A stretch of DNA of 64,000 bases from Raillietiella orientalis (lineage: Eukaryota). A model generated the notes under the pieces. It ran no database searches. It had not been told where the DNA came from and saw only the letters and a program-made list of their open reading frames with translations. Both the position numbers and the translations under genes were made by a program. Of this stretch, positions 27,100-39,079 are shown piece by piece. Each line of letters opens with the position of its first letter. Position 1 is the first letter of the stretch. The stretch spans positions 1,984,001 to 2,048,000 of the forward strand of contig JAYWIR010000020.1 in assembly GCA_036172245.1 (NCBI GenBank), read 5' to 3'.

Positions 27100-28300
27100 G
27101 GATCACCGGCTAGGATTCCTCAGCAGCCCGCACATTGCTCCGAATGCTTTCGAACTGAATAACAAGTTATCATCATCAGATATCATCATAAGTGATTTTA
27201 TTAGCCGATCGAATGCTTCGGAACCGAAACAGTTAGTGTCTGCAAGTCTGCACGACAAGGCATTCAGCAAGTGTGTGTGCGGTGGAAAGGGCATTTTTCA
27301 GGAACCTCAAAGTCATGACTAACGGTGACTTGGACAGAAACAAGACAAAAGCTTAGACGGTGGGAAACGCCAAAGTCGCTTCCTCTACGAAATTTCATCC
27401 ATTCCAGTACCTCTTCGTCTCTCAAGACCAGTTTTCCTCTCATGCTTCTGAAGTCGCAGAGGACCACCACAAACGATCTGCACTGCATTCCACGAAGAGG
27501 GGACAAAAATTCATTCAAGCACATGGGCATTTTCGCGGACCGCGTATCCGAGGAACGAACAAAACAGATGTGGTTTTTGCAATCTTGCTAATTGCGTTCT
27601 AAATGACGTCAGCTCTCTCGTGACATGCCGGAGAAAGAGCTGATTTTTACAGAGATCGCTCCCCCATTGGCTGGAGGGCTCTGCAAACTTCGGTGAAACA
27701 CGAGGCTCCAATACGAAATGCAATTCTTCTACTCTTTCCAAAAGAGAGCAGTACTTCCGCGTTCGCTGCTCATACCGTGACCGAAAACAACGATGCATCA
27801 GACACTCCACGTGTTCTGAAAGAGAGAATATTAGACATTCGAGAAACGCTCAAAGCATTCCCTGGAGTGGGGATGAAACAGGGATTAGCGAATCCGGATG
27901 TTTTCGTCCTGAAGGAAGCATCGACCACTCCGCGTGGATACCACGCATCGAATTCTTCGGACTGTTACCGTCCGGATTTTTCGATTGCTCTGCCTGGAGG
28001 ACTGCCGTTTTTTTTCCTAGAGGATCTAGAAAAAAAAACTTCGGAGATGCCAACCACCTCGGAGATCCACATGGATATTCCTCGCACCCTCGGATGCCGC
28101 GATGTTTACATTCACAGTTGCCTCTCTTCCAGCGCTGCACACAAAACAAAGCAAAAAAAAAAACAAATGCATCACATCGATTTTCGAGTGCCTGCTGAGA
28201 CTTTCGTTTTTAGCTTGTATCCTGGACTCGCTCAGGAAAGCACTCTTGACTGAAACACTGCCAGACCGGGATAACGTGCCAGTCCTCACTCTCCTGAGAG
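27100..28300 (-). mobile_element. Degenerate LINE RT fragment adjacent to the qinvirus-like EVE
   Basis: Ordered motifs VVVLCDFRS (LDFxKAFD-like), FEVPEKCPFPP..LLNAL (GVPQGCPLSP-like), LMMISDDDNLLFS (ADD-like, ~27,170). Confidence 0.7.
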
Positions 28301-29097
28301 ATTCCTGCTGCCGCTTCGAAAGACACGTGGACTTTAATGGATTCACAAATCGAGAGCTTTCTTTCAGGTTCTTCTCTTTCGGGTTAGGAATGGCATCAGT
28401 TCCCTTTGCGGCTTACGATTGCATCAAGATATCAGGTAGCCAATGCATGCAGATGAGTAAAGACGGTGGAGGCTGCGAATACGTTCTTCGGGTTTACACA
28501 TGGATGATATACATAGTATCTATAAAAGATATGAAGTGTATCTTGAACGTTGTATCAGCAGAATGTCTATTCTTTCGCCTCAAGACCAAAGAAAACAATT
28601 AAAGTTTGATTTTTTTTTTTACATTTGAGTCAGTTTTTAGCTTGCAGCTTGGCAAAATGCAACGCAACAGGTTTTCACGGTGCCTACTGTGTTTCTAGGG
28701 CTTCTATCACAAGCGCATCTCCCTGCACCATTCGATTCGTCCTTTGCCAACTTTTCGCATTCGAATCGTACAGAACAGTTTGTTGCACTTTCCTTTCTTT
28801 CGAAAGGGATGGATGGAGGGAAGGATTTCTTTTTGTCAAGTTTCGCTTAATCCCGGAGTATCTTTTTTTAAAAAAAAAAATCCCAAGAGGCCTTAGTTAT
28901 TGACTGGAAGTTGCGATTCGTGCTCTCCTACGCTCCCTGAAGTCTCGTCGCGAAAGTATACGCTGGGAGAAGTGCACGGAGCGCACATGATTCCTGGCAT
29001 TGCACGTGAATGCTTCGTTCCTCCTGGGAACATCCTGTCTTCCACCCAAAGAAGCCTCTAAGCCTCGGTGCTGAGCGTGATTCACGTGCTTCCTTAA

Positions 29098-29620
29098 CCC
29101 TTTTGGGTGAGGAGCTCATTGAGACGTTCCGTGTTGATGGCACGCGAGCCACAATGGCCATCCCTGTGGACGGAATGCGTTTTCGCGTGCTCCATCGAGG
29201 TACCGATTGACCACATAAAGTGCTGATTCAAGTCACTATTGTAATTGTTTATTTACACCACACTAAACAGAACATTTTCGTTTTTCCAAAGCATATGTTA
29301 TTTATTTGAAAACTATGATTACGATTCGAACAAACCGACAATTCATTCACCTCTCTGAGGTATCACAAAGATGGAAAACTGCAATGAATTCTCTGCCGCA
29401 CTGACAGAAGAACCGGCAACAGTCAGCCGATATAAATAGAATTTTGTTTACTGTCGTTGCTAAGGGAATGATAAGAACGTGGGTGCCTGCGTCCCTCTCA
29501 AACGTGTCAACTTATGTGACCAGTATGAGGTGAAAACATTTGCCAGACGCTTAGATGCGCCCGTAGCGCACGCTGGTACTTTTCGTCGGACGCATGGATG
29601 CGTCCACAGCGCTCAAAGGG
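29098..29620 (+). mobile_element. piggyBac-like non-autonomous element (MITE), copy 1
   Basis: TTAA (29094-29097) | CCCTTTTG ... CAAAGGG | TTAA (29621-29624); subterminal palindrome GGACGCAT-gg-ATGCGTCC; no transposase. Confidence 0.85.
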
Positions 29621-29689
29621 TTAAAGGAAGTTTTGCTTGCAGTGGATTGCGAAGAGGATCATTAAATAGGACAGGGAATGCAGAGGATC

Positions 29690-31900
29690 ACATGGAAATC
29701 TTCCAGATGAAAACGCCGAAATTAATGGGAAAGAGCACATCTGGCAAGACGTTCGTGCAGCGCTTGCCGGCCGCGCACTGCCTGGACAGGAGGAACGCGC
29801 GCGCACCAAGACCTGCGGCCTGTGGCATCGGAAGAACGCTGACACGCGAAGCGGCGGTCCGCAGCGCCCGCGTTCCCTTGCGGGCGCCCGCGAGGGAACA
29901 AGAAAACAGCCTTTCCGACTGCTTCACTCGGTCTTTCTTTCCCGCCAGGTCCATAACGAATGTAGTGGGAGCTGTCACACGGATAGCCTAGGCTGCATTT
30001 TGGCTCCAGAACTGCTTGCATTGCTGCTCGAGTTCATTCTTGCTAGTAATAAATGAGTCGCCCACTGGTCACTCTTTTACTTCTCTCCCGCCCATGTTCA
30101 CCTCGCGTTCTTCTGTTTCAAAAGCGTTCTGTTCTTCTGTTTTCCTGGAAGTGACCTGCGGATGTCCGAAACCTTCCTTTCCTTTTCATTTCCCAAAAGT
30201 AATTGAATTTATGCTGGCGACCAGATGGGTGGCAGTATATCAGATATGAAGCTCTTGGTGCTCTTAAGAGACTTCTTGTCTAGCGAAAAGAGATAGTGTT
30301 TCCTTTCTACACCGTGTCGTTCCGATACCGTATGTTTCGTGAGCCTGAAGATTTCTGCAGTTACCATGGTTACCAGCCTCACGTCACTTGAGGACTCGAT
30401 TTCCTCCCCATGCAAGGCGAGGAAAACGTGGATCCATGAAGAGATCTTGCAGTCCTTATGTTTCTCCAGGAATATCACCTGTATTTGTCGTACAAGAGCA
30501 AGCAGCTTAGTGTAAAGATAAACAAAGTGACAAGCGTTTTTCTTTTTTTGGATGACTTGGCTGCGCCATTCCCCTCCCCCTCCCCCAAAAAGAGAACAGA
30601 AAAGAAATGAATAAGCAGTGAATTACCGAGACAATGAATACAAAGACATATATGGATTTACCTACCGCTTACCTGTCGCTTTTTCGTCGGTGTTTTTGAA
30701 TCTCCATGTTGTCCTCGTCTTCTTAAACAACCAGAGGGGTAAAAAAATGTGCTTTGCAGCCTGAGAGGAAAAAGTCATGCTTTCTATGAGTAAACAGAGC
30801 CAGAGCTTTTTATATTGAGAGGAATGCAGAACACTGAGTCAAATATTTTGAGACGCCGGGAAGGTTTTACGTTCGATAGAGAGTCGGCGCGACCGCTTCT
30901 AGAGCTGAGGAAAAAAAGTAGAGAAATAAATTCTAAGCATGTGTTCGACATTACACGGTCGGCATCCGCACTATTGAGGAGGGTTGCCAATTTGAAGGTT
31001 TTCCCGCTGGATCTAGCCTTTGTGGAAAGCCCATCCAGCGGCTAAAAATTATTTCATCTCGCCGGGCGGGAACTCTGGAGGTTTTGAAATCGCTGGCCGC
31101 CGCCGAATTTTGCGTATTCTTCGAGGTTGCAAAGGAAACTTTCAGTTATGGATGTTGCAGATAGTCTGGAATAGAATTCGGGATATTTGATCCACCCCTG
31201 TTTCCATCATGGCGGACGCGGAGTCACATTAATGGATTATTGCGTTGTCGATAAAGATCTGTCGAGGAAAACGACTTCTTTATCATTAAAATATTTTCAT
31301 ATTGAAACTGTGATTGCTGTAGTCCAGCGGCAACTAGCCCGGATATTTAATTACAAATTCTGACGTTTCCTTTCAATTACAGGTAATGCAAGACCGTCAG
31401 TGCGGCACTCTCCTTGCAAACAAATAGAAGGCGTGCAGCAGAAGCTGCATAACAGAAATCGCACGTGATTCATTGCTAGTTTGCTATTGAATCTGAAGAT
31501 TCAGTGGCATGAAATGATTTAATCGTAATGATAATAAATTCCTGTGAATTCCTGGGTGTTAAAGTTTGGGATTTTTTTCCTTTTTTGGGGAAAATCGCAA
31601 GTTTTTTCGAAGGCCATCTAGAAGCGGGATTTCACTAACTTCTGTTGGCAACCCTGCTGTTGAATACCTCCGAATGGTGCGTTTCCAAGTCCGCAGGATA
31701 GATTGTCTCTCTGTTACCAGCATCTGAAGGAAAGCAAACAGTCCTTCGCAGAAGATCGTTTGGGAAAGGTAGCTGACTGACTCGCAAGCAGCGAATGTCT
31801 TTCAGAGCCGCTGAAGGCAGTAGCACTTGCACTCTTTGGATCAATTAGAAGACTCTCAGCGATGGAAGAAGTGATGCACCTATTTTATAAAAAAAGAGAA
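29690..31900 (-). mobile_element. Degenerate Jockey/I/CR1-group LINE RT region
   Basis: RRLKIFDSVFCIPLNIK (KAFDSV-like), LALHGEEIESSSDVRLV (thumb region), RLFSCSLAGARKGTRAL...VLPM (R..I.GA.R.T..AL motif). Confidence 0.55.
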
Positions 31901-32099
31901 AAAAGGTGTCTTAAATCCGTGCCACGAGGAAGACGAATGTTCAAATTCCCATTCACGAGAAGCTTTTCTTATGGATAGGAATGAGGATGGCGGAATTGCC
32001 ATCATTGCCTGGTGGCCACATCCACATTCGCGAAACAGACGACTGCGACTAACAGAAGGAAAAGGCAGACGACTGGAAGTGTTTCAATGGCTTGAAAAA

Positions 32100-32800
32100 C
32101 AGACGAGGAGATGCGATGTTGGCAAATCCATTCCAGTTGCATTGTTCCAGTACGTCTTTTTTTTTTTTTTTTTTAGAAGAGACAGCGCGTTATTCCTTCT
32201 TCCTCGTCTGTTTTGTGCAAAAGATCGTTCTCAAGATGCGAGATGCAGAAAGTTAGGAAAGCACAGTTACGAAAGACCTATGTAGATAGCAGCAGGCATT
32301 CTTACAGGTATACGCAACCATGCGGTGGAAGCCACGTTCTGGAAGTTCTTTCAGGAAGACTTTTCATGAAATGATGTTCAGCCATATCCTCACTTCCCTT
32401 GCATTATATAGGAAAATGTACTCAGAGCCTCATGAAGGAACAAGAATAAAGAGCGATTGGATCCTGAAGCACCGTGAAAAACTCCAGGTCTGCTTCCAGA
32501 GAAAGATTTTTTCCCCCTCGATTTCCTGTCTGTTTCATCCCCAAAATAAGGGAGCGCCGAATCCATTGTCCACATACGCTGATTAGAAGAAGAAGAAGAA
32601 TCAGCAAAACAGTACCTTTCTGCTTAGGACACAAAGCGCAGTCCAATGACGCCCGCTGCTTGGAAAAGCACCGTACTAGGCTCGAGTTTTCCGTATAGGG
32701 AGCTCCAAATTTGTCATTTCTGGAGGCTGAGTGTAGAGTACACACAACAAATTACCACTGTGCATTGGAGAGGACAAAGTCTGTGCAGAATTTTTCGTTT
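32100..32800 (-). mobile_element. Degenerate LINE RT fragment 3' of the chuvirus EVE
   Basis: RPGVFHGASGSNRSLFLFLHEAL resembles GVxQGxxLSPxLFxxxxExL. Confidence 0.5.
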
Positions 32801-32848
32801 CCCGCAAGTGAGCAAAGAATTTGGATTAAGGTCAATAACACCGCGGAC

Positions 32849-33861
32849 CTAAGATGATGGTTGTGATAGCATCATCTTAGGTCCGCGGAGACTTGCCGTG
32901 ATATTTGTGTTCATGTCCTCATCAGTGGGATTGTAGTTGGTGATTAAAGCATCCAATTTAGCTTTATGTTTGGGGTTAGTTGTCCACCCTTTGTAGTCAT
33001 TTATACTACTAAATGCTGGCCCTCCATAGAGTCTAAGTAATTCCTTCGCAACATTCTTACACAACATTGATCGTACCTCCCTCAGATCTGATGCGAATCC
33101 ATAATTCCAAGTGCTAATGTGACACTGTCGACTTCGGTCTTGAGCCTTCGGCCTTCCAATGATGGGCCATGAGAAGTCTGGAAACACTCTAACAAGGCGC
33201 GCCTTATATAGAGTAGAGCAGTTAGACCTGACACCACGGTCTGGGCCAAAGTTATACTTGCACGAAGAGAGTTGGGTCTTGTGTCTGCTCCCCAGGTGGT
33301 GAATATTATTTTAGCATTTGTTTCATCGATTAAATGACCTGTTAATTGTGCATTTATCATTCTTACCAAATCAGGAGTTAAATTGGTATTTGGTTTTCCT
33401 TCTTCAATTAGATCGGTGTTGATTTTTTCTGCCTTCTGGGTTGTGATCACGCCTCTTTTTGAAAGGATACGAACGCTTGAATGTACAGAATTGCATCAAT
33501 ATTATGTAGACTTCGTAGCGAACAAGCATCTATGAGCCACACGACTATGTTATTCATCATGATGGGTGTTAACTCTTGTCTCGCTAAGAGTCCTGGTAAC
33601 TCATGTGTATTCCAACCAGACCAGAGGGCAGGTACCTATGGTGCAATGCTATGAAGTGGACCATCTGGACCAAGCGCAGCTTCCCATGTGGCTTCGTTCA
33701 CAACTATCCACGGATTGTTTGATCCTTCATTGCACAAGAAGTAGAGTATTTCTGATCTAAACCTTTCTTGAGCTCTCCGATAATCCGATTGCCCTCACGT
33801 TTGGCGCAACTGCATTAGCAAGGATATGCAGAACTGCATATTCTTGCACTCCCCTGGACAT
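32849..33861 (-). pseudogene. Endogenous viral element, chuvirus-like (Jingchuvirales) nucleoprotein
   Basis: Across frameshifts (~33,770, ~33,460, ~33,185) and a TAG (33,636-33,638): AILYIQAFVS/SKRGVITTQKAEKI...LRASITLAQTVVSGLTALLYIRRALLE/FPDFSWPII...NYGFASDLREVRSMLCKNVAKELLRLYGG...INDYKGWTTNPKHKAKLDALITNY. This follows the chuvirus N motif order (KRG; SGLT...RA...PDF.W; YGF..DL...RST...VAKELL...GG...Y.GW). Confidence 0.88.
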
Positions 33862-33869
33862 CTCTGCTT

Positions 33870-34550
33870 AGTACGCGTTTTCCTTTTGGACTTTTCTTTG
33901 GGGAGGGCGGATATCCCATTTTCCACTTCAGTTTGCCCATAAGGATCTCTCTAAGTTTACCCATAGTCGATCTCTCTCATACACGAATAATGTACAATAA
34001 ATAGAGACGAACCATACATGGGACAATATAAATCGATTTTTCTTGACGCTTTTTTGATCCGTCTTGAGTGCGAAGTGTTGAACTTTGTTGGCTGAGATGC
34101 TTTGCTGCAAGCACTCACATCCAGACTCCATCCTGAGATTCTCTATGGCCACCAGTCTGGAAAGAAGGCAAGACAGCAAGATTCGTGGTCTTGGAATAGT
34201 CTTTTGATGAGGTGCCACTCTCCTTGAAGTTTCCAGCTAGAAGCGCTATTTGTACTTGCTGTAAGCCTTCTTCTTCTTTTTCTTTTTTTTTTTTTGGCTC
34301 ATTGCGTCTGTTGCGTCTTTTAGTGCTGAAGATGTGAGAAATCTCTGGAAAGCCTGGGTTTAGGTTTTCCGCAAGATAAAATTTTGGATCTCGACTTGCA
34401 AGCCTCTTGAACTCTTATGATGGAGTCGTTTTCAAAATTCGATACTTTGGAATTTAGAGTGAAGTTCACTTTTAGATATCTTCTGATAAGTTCTGATTAG
34501 CTGTTGAGCATTGCACAAGATGCAAATTTCATGTTTTTGTGCGTGTGACA
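33870..34550 (-). mobile_element. Degenerate L1-type APE endonuclease fragment 5' of the chuvirus EVE
   Basis: IALLAGNFK (GDFN-like), DGVW...KHLSQQSSTL...KSIYIV (D.WR..H...T..SRID-like), GKLKWK (G.WK.N-like). Confidence 0.6.
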
Positions 34551-35691
34551 GCGGCTTTCGTGACTTATCATGATCTTCAACAAAAGAAAAAAGAACGATC
34601 TCGATCTTTTTTTTTTTTTTAGCTTCTCACTGCTTCAAAGAGCAAGAAAATTTTCAAGGGCGTTAGGATTGATTAACCACGTGACCTGCAAGCAAATGTT
34701 TTTCCTAGCGTCTTTCCTGTAACTATCAGTAAGAAATCCCAAGAGACACGAGCACAACAAGTACTCCTCCATTCCTACCTTATCTGCAGTTCCATTTCTG
34801 TACGGCCGTAAACACCACTTAATCCACCGTCCCCCATGTTTTTATAAGCCACGAGGTCAAAAAACGATCGAAAAGCTGCCGGAGCAAATCCCCTTGTCTT
34901 TTGCGTTGATGGACCGAACTGAAAGTCTGCCTTTCCCAGATAACTTTTCCGACATCCGACAACTTTTTCTCTGGCATTTGCTTCAGCGGAAGCCTTGCCT
35001 CGTTTCCTCGACGGAGACACAGACGGCTGTCGATCACATGGAGGCCTTGCTCTAAGCCTTCTGGAGTTCGCGTTACCAGCATGATCAAGTTGTTTCTATT
35101 CCTCCGTCTCGTTTTCAGCAGCAAACGAGACTCTGCGGCAGGCGCAGCATGTGCCCTCTCAGGTTGACACATTTTTGGATACGAAGGGATGCGGTCCGCT
35201 TTCCGAGCAAGCAGCGAGCAAACTGAGATCCCTACTTCTAACAGGTCACTAGGCGATCCTTTCGAGGTTCTCACTTGGGCACCTCGGACGGCAGTCTACC
35301 CGTCAGAGCCCCTGCCACGAAGGTTTTTTCAATGGCCAGGGGTCATTTGGACCCGTGACGCAGTGTCCCACGGTGCGAAACTTCGCTGAGACAATGAAGA
35401 GAGAACTTGTCTTTCTGATCCCCACCTATTTTGCACGTTTCAGGAGGAGGCGCTTCACTTGTGCCAAAAAGATCAGCATTTAAACTTGCTGTTTAAAGAA
35501 CCCCGTCGGAATTATTTCAACCGTACAACAAACGCGCAGTCTTTGTCGCTTCTTATTGCCAGGAGCACCACTTTTTCGGCACCTTCATCTTCGCTCCTTC
35601 TCGATCGCCTTCGGAAACAGAGGCTACTCACTTCCGCTTGCAACGCTACTTCTTAGTGAAATGACTCCTATCTATTGATCTTTACCATTAA

Positions 35692-35746
35692 CCCTTTGAG
35701 CGCTGTGGACGCATCTATGCGTCCGACGAAAAGTACCAGCGTGCGC
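35692..35746 (-). mobile_element. Isolated piggyBac-like MITE terminus
   Basis: TTAA (35688-35691) followed by 55 bp that are the reverse complement of 29566-29620 with one mismatch. Confidence 0.85.
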
Positions 35747-36019
35747 AAGAACGCTGCTGTTTTAGAGTGCCGGGGGCCACTCCAGGTCTCCGCTGGGGAT
35801 ACCGAGGAGCTCATCCCAACGCTGTGATCCTCGTGGAAGGGCACTCGGGGTCTCTGCATCCCATGGCCAGCTGCCCCATGGTCCAACCACCCATCTCCTT
35901 CCTTACGCCTACGATCTCTCAGGAGACTTCCCACCTTTCGAGCGGTTGGCCCTGCCAGATGCCCTCCTCAGGAAGGGAGTCGTTGCACCGATTGGGGGGA
36001 TCCGCTCCGACCCCGCGCT

Positions 36020-36490
36020 CCTGCTGGGACACCGAAAGAACCGTCCGCCTGGAGGCTCACGGAGCTCTTTGACACCGTCCACCACAGCCCGAAGGTGCAT
36101 GTCAACTCTTCAGGATAGGGGTATTCCGGAAGGGGACCACCCCATAAATCTGGGAAGACTCCGGAGGAAGGAGTCCTTCCCTATTGTGCTTGGGAGGGAA
36201 CCCTCGCCTTGGTTGCCTTCGACGGGAGCCTCGAAGGAAAGAATGTCTTCCTTTTTCTCTCCTGTAGGACCCGCCGGTAAAGATCCGCTCCTGGGTTCCA
36301 CCAGCGCCTCACCCGAATACGCCAACCATCTTCATCCCGCAGGGGGGGAGGCAAAACCCACGACGCATCCCTCCCCATTCCTCGGCGTTCCGATCCTTCC
36401 CTGGGCGGGATTCGAGCCCGCGATACCTTGGTGCTACTAGGCGCACGGAGAGACCGTAGCCACGCGGCCGCCAACGGGGCGTGTGGCTCA
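36020..36490 (-). mobile_element. tRNA-headed SINE-like repeat, copy C
   Basis: Head GCCCCGTTGGCGGCCGCGTGGCTACGGTCTCTCCGTG...CGCGGGCTCGAATCCCGCCCAGGG (A- and B-box-like); body matches 50,810-50,940 and 40,575-40,680. Confidence 0.7.
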
Positions 36491-36899
36491 CAGGAGAGCA
36501 CAGATGCTGCAGATCACAAATGGAGGACTTGGAGCTCCAGTTTATCGTTTCCTTCGGCTGCAACCCCTCCCCCGCTTAAGCGCATCAAAAGAATGGAGTC
36601 GTTCTGTGGATCCGCGTATGTGGAGGTGCTGCGCAACGAAGAGTCCGCAGGAAGCCTGGAGATTCGCCTCCTCGCTCGCCGCCCGGGGCCAAGGCAGCGG
36701 GAGCAGGAGACGATCGCTGGGAACGGGGAGGCTCAGGTCGAAGTTTTCACTTCGAGCGGGAGCCAAATCCGCGTCAGGGGTGCCGCCACCTTTTTCCTTA
36801 TTGTTTTTTTTTTTTTTTTTTTGAAGGAGGGGCGAGCAGCGAAAACAACCGCCCGCACGCATTCCCGGGATCTGAGACGCGCATCCAAGTGAGCGACGG

Positions 36900-37900
36900 G
36901 GATTCTGGTACATGCCGCGATTAAGAATAAATAACCAGCGCATCGGCTGCTCCCAGAGCGGAAGAGAACCAAACCAAACAAAGGAAAACACACACACATA
37001 CACACACACATACACACGTTCCAAGAAACGCCTCGTCGGTGCTCGATGGCGGTGGCGGAGAGAAGCAGCTCCAAGCTACATACGTAGATGGGAACACGGA
37101 CTAATCGACAGGTGGGTGGTGGGGAACCTGCTTTGAGGAATTCAACTAGGATCTCCTGTGAGCCCCCGCGCCCATGGACGTGTACATATGCCCCGGTATC
37201 CTTGAAGGCGTCCTGCAGGCACATCCATCCATTCCGACTGAGAAGTGTCTGAGAACTCTCCTCTGCCTTTGCTATCCGATGGTGTCTCTTGTGAGGAATC
37301 ATTTTTCCAAGATCGAGATTTATGCACGCGCGTGCTTGATTCCCATCTTTCGACGGAGCTCCACCGTGATATCACTGAGGCAAGCACCTCCTGGAAAATA
37401 TTCCTGAAAGTTCCCATTCCTGAGAAACATCCTCTTTACCCGGAAGCTTGGAGTTTATTGAGGAAATTCTTCTGGAGTATTAACGTCTGTATAAGAATGA
37501 TCCCAGCATCCTCAGCAACCATCGCATTGACGCCAGTCTTCTCCATCACGAGGGAAAAGATTTCTTCGAAATTCCACTCATCTTCCCATAAACCCTTCCC
37601 AAGATTTAATTTACTTTTTCCTTCTTCATTGCTATTATTATTATTATCATTATCATTAGGAGCTTTAAATAAGGGCACAATTTTCTCTTTGCGGGTCATC
37701 AATATTCCGCTCGTTTGTAATGTCATTAATACATTCCATTATGAAAATTTTTTTTGACTGCTTCACTCCCCCCTCCTCCATTATCTTACAAACACATAAA
37801 GGAGCTCCTCATATGTTCTTGCACACATGCGTCAATACTCTGGATGCAAAGCTGCAAAGCTCTTCACACAAGTTAATTATAGGTAGGTCGAGTCATATGC
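36900..37900 (-). mobile_element. Degenerate CR1/L2-like LINE RT
   Basis: KIVPLFK, FLNKLQASG*RGCFS (LLxKLxxxG+RG), SRWSSV, CLQDAFKD (LQxDL-like). Confidence 0.65.
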
Positions 37901-38358
37901 CACAGTTGAGACGATGGAATCCCAGACGAAATGCACTCTTCTGCTCCCCGGCTGGCTTGAGAAAACGGAGTTCGTGCCATCCCTGTCTTGGAGAAACTGT
38001 AAGAATGTGAATTCTTCCATGCTTCGGATCAGCTAATGAACTGACTTCGGTCGGGATGGGGATACAAGTGAGATGCAACGGATGCTGACGGGGGCAGTCA
38101 TTCAAACCGCTTGATTTTCCAAACATTTCAGTATGATCTGCTCCGAAGGCAATTATTCCTGCTCTTCTGTTAACTCGTGAGGATGCATTTGGTAGTGCGG
38201 ATGGGAGCTTTCAGTTGGTAGAACGTGGCGGAGTGCAAAACACGCACGCACACGACTCTAGAAAACCCAGTCCAGGAGAAAGTGTTGCACGTGGTAGGGA
38301 GGCCCTTCTGCACGTTGGGCACTGATTTAAGTTGTCCAGAAGAACTGCACTTGTTCAA

Positions 38359-38873
38359 CCCTTTGAGTGCTATGGACGCATACGTGTGTTCGGCGGAAAT
38401 CATCGACGTGGACTATGGACGTGTGGATGCGTTCGGCAAATGTTTTTATTTCATACTCGCCACATAAGTTAACACGTTTGAGAGGGACGCAGGCACCCAC
38501 GTTCTTATCATTCCCTTAGCAACGACAGTAAACAAAATTCTATTTATATCGGCTGACTGTTGCCGGTTCTTCTGTCAGTGCGGCAGAGAATTCATTGCAG
38601 TTTTCCATCTTTGTGATACCTCAGAGAGGTGAATGAATTGTCGGTTTGTTCGAATCGTAATCATAGTTTTCAAATAAATAACATATGCTTGGAAAAAACG
38701 CAAATGTTCTGTTTAGTGTGGTGTAAATAAACAATTACAATAGTGACTTGAATCAGCACTTTATGTGGTCAATCGGTACCTCGATGGAGCACGCGAAAAC
38801 GCATTCCGTCCACAAGGATGGCCACTACGGCTCGCGTGCCATCAACACGGAACGTTTCAATCTACCCAAAAAG
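38359..38873 (-). mobile_element. piggyBac-like MITE, copy 2 (inverted relative to copy 1)
   Basis: TCAA | CCCTTTGAG ... CCCAAAAAG | TTAA (38874-38877); full-length reverse-complement alignment to 29098-29620. Confidence 0.85.
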
Positions 38874-39079
38874 TTAAGAGGGAAAGCCATTGGAGATCCA
38901 AAATGCTCCTGCAGTACTGAGAAAAAATAACTGCGTTTACTTTATCCATCCTTTTGTACATATTCCTGCCTCTGTAAGTTATCCATCCATCTGTACGTTG
39001 CTCATCCTTCTCTACGTTATCCGTCCTTCTGTACGTTTGTCACCCGGATATGTCGGGACATTTGTTATTAAAATTTTTA

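Noticed and set aside
36400..36490. Functional tRNA gene (also the B-box matches at 17428, 50155, 50759)
   Set aside because: No clean cloverleaf or poly-T terminator; the motif heads a dispersed repeat.
29098..38873. Single 9.8-kb Mutator/Pack-MULE element with long TIRs
   Set aside because: Each arm has its own CCC/GGG termini and TTAA-type flanks, so two inverted piggyBac-like MITEs fit better; no 9-bp TSD.
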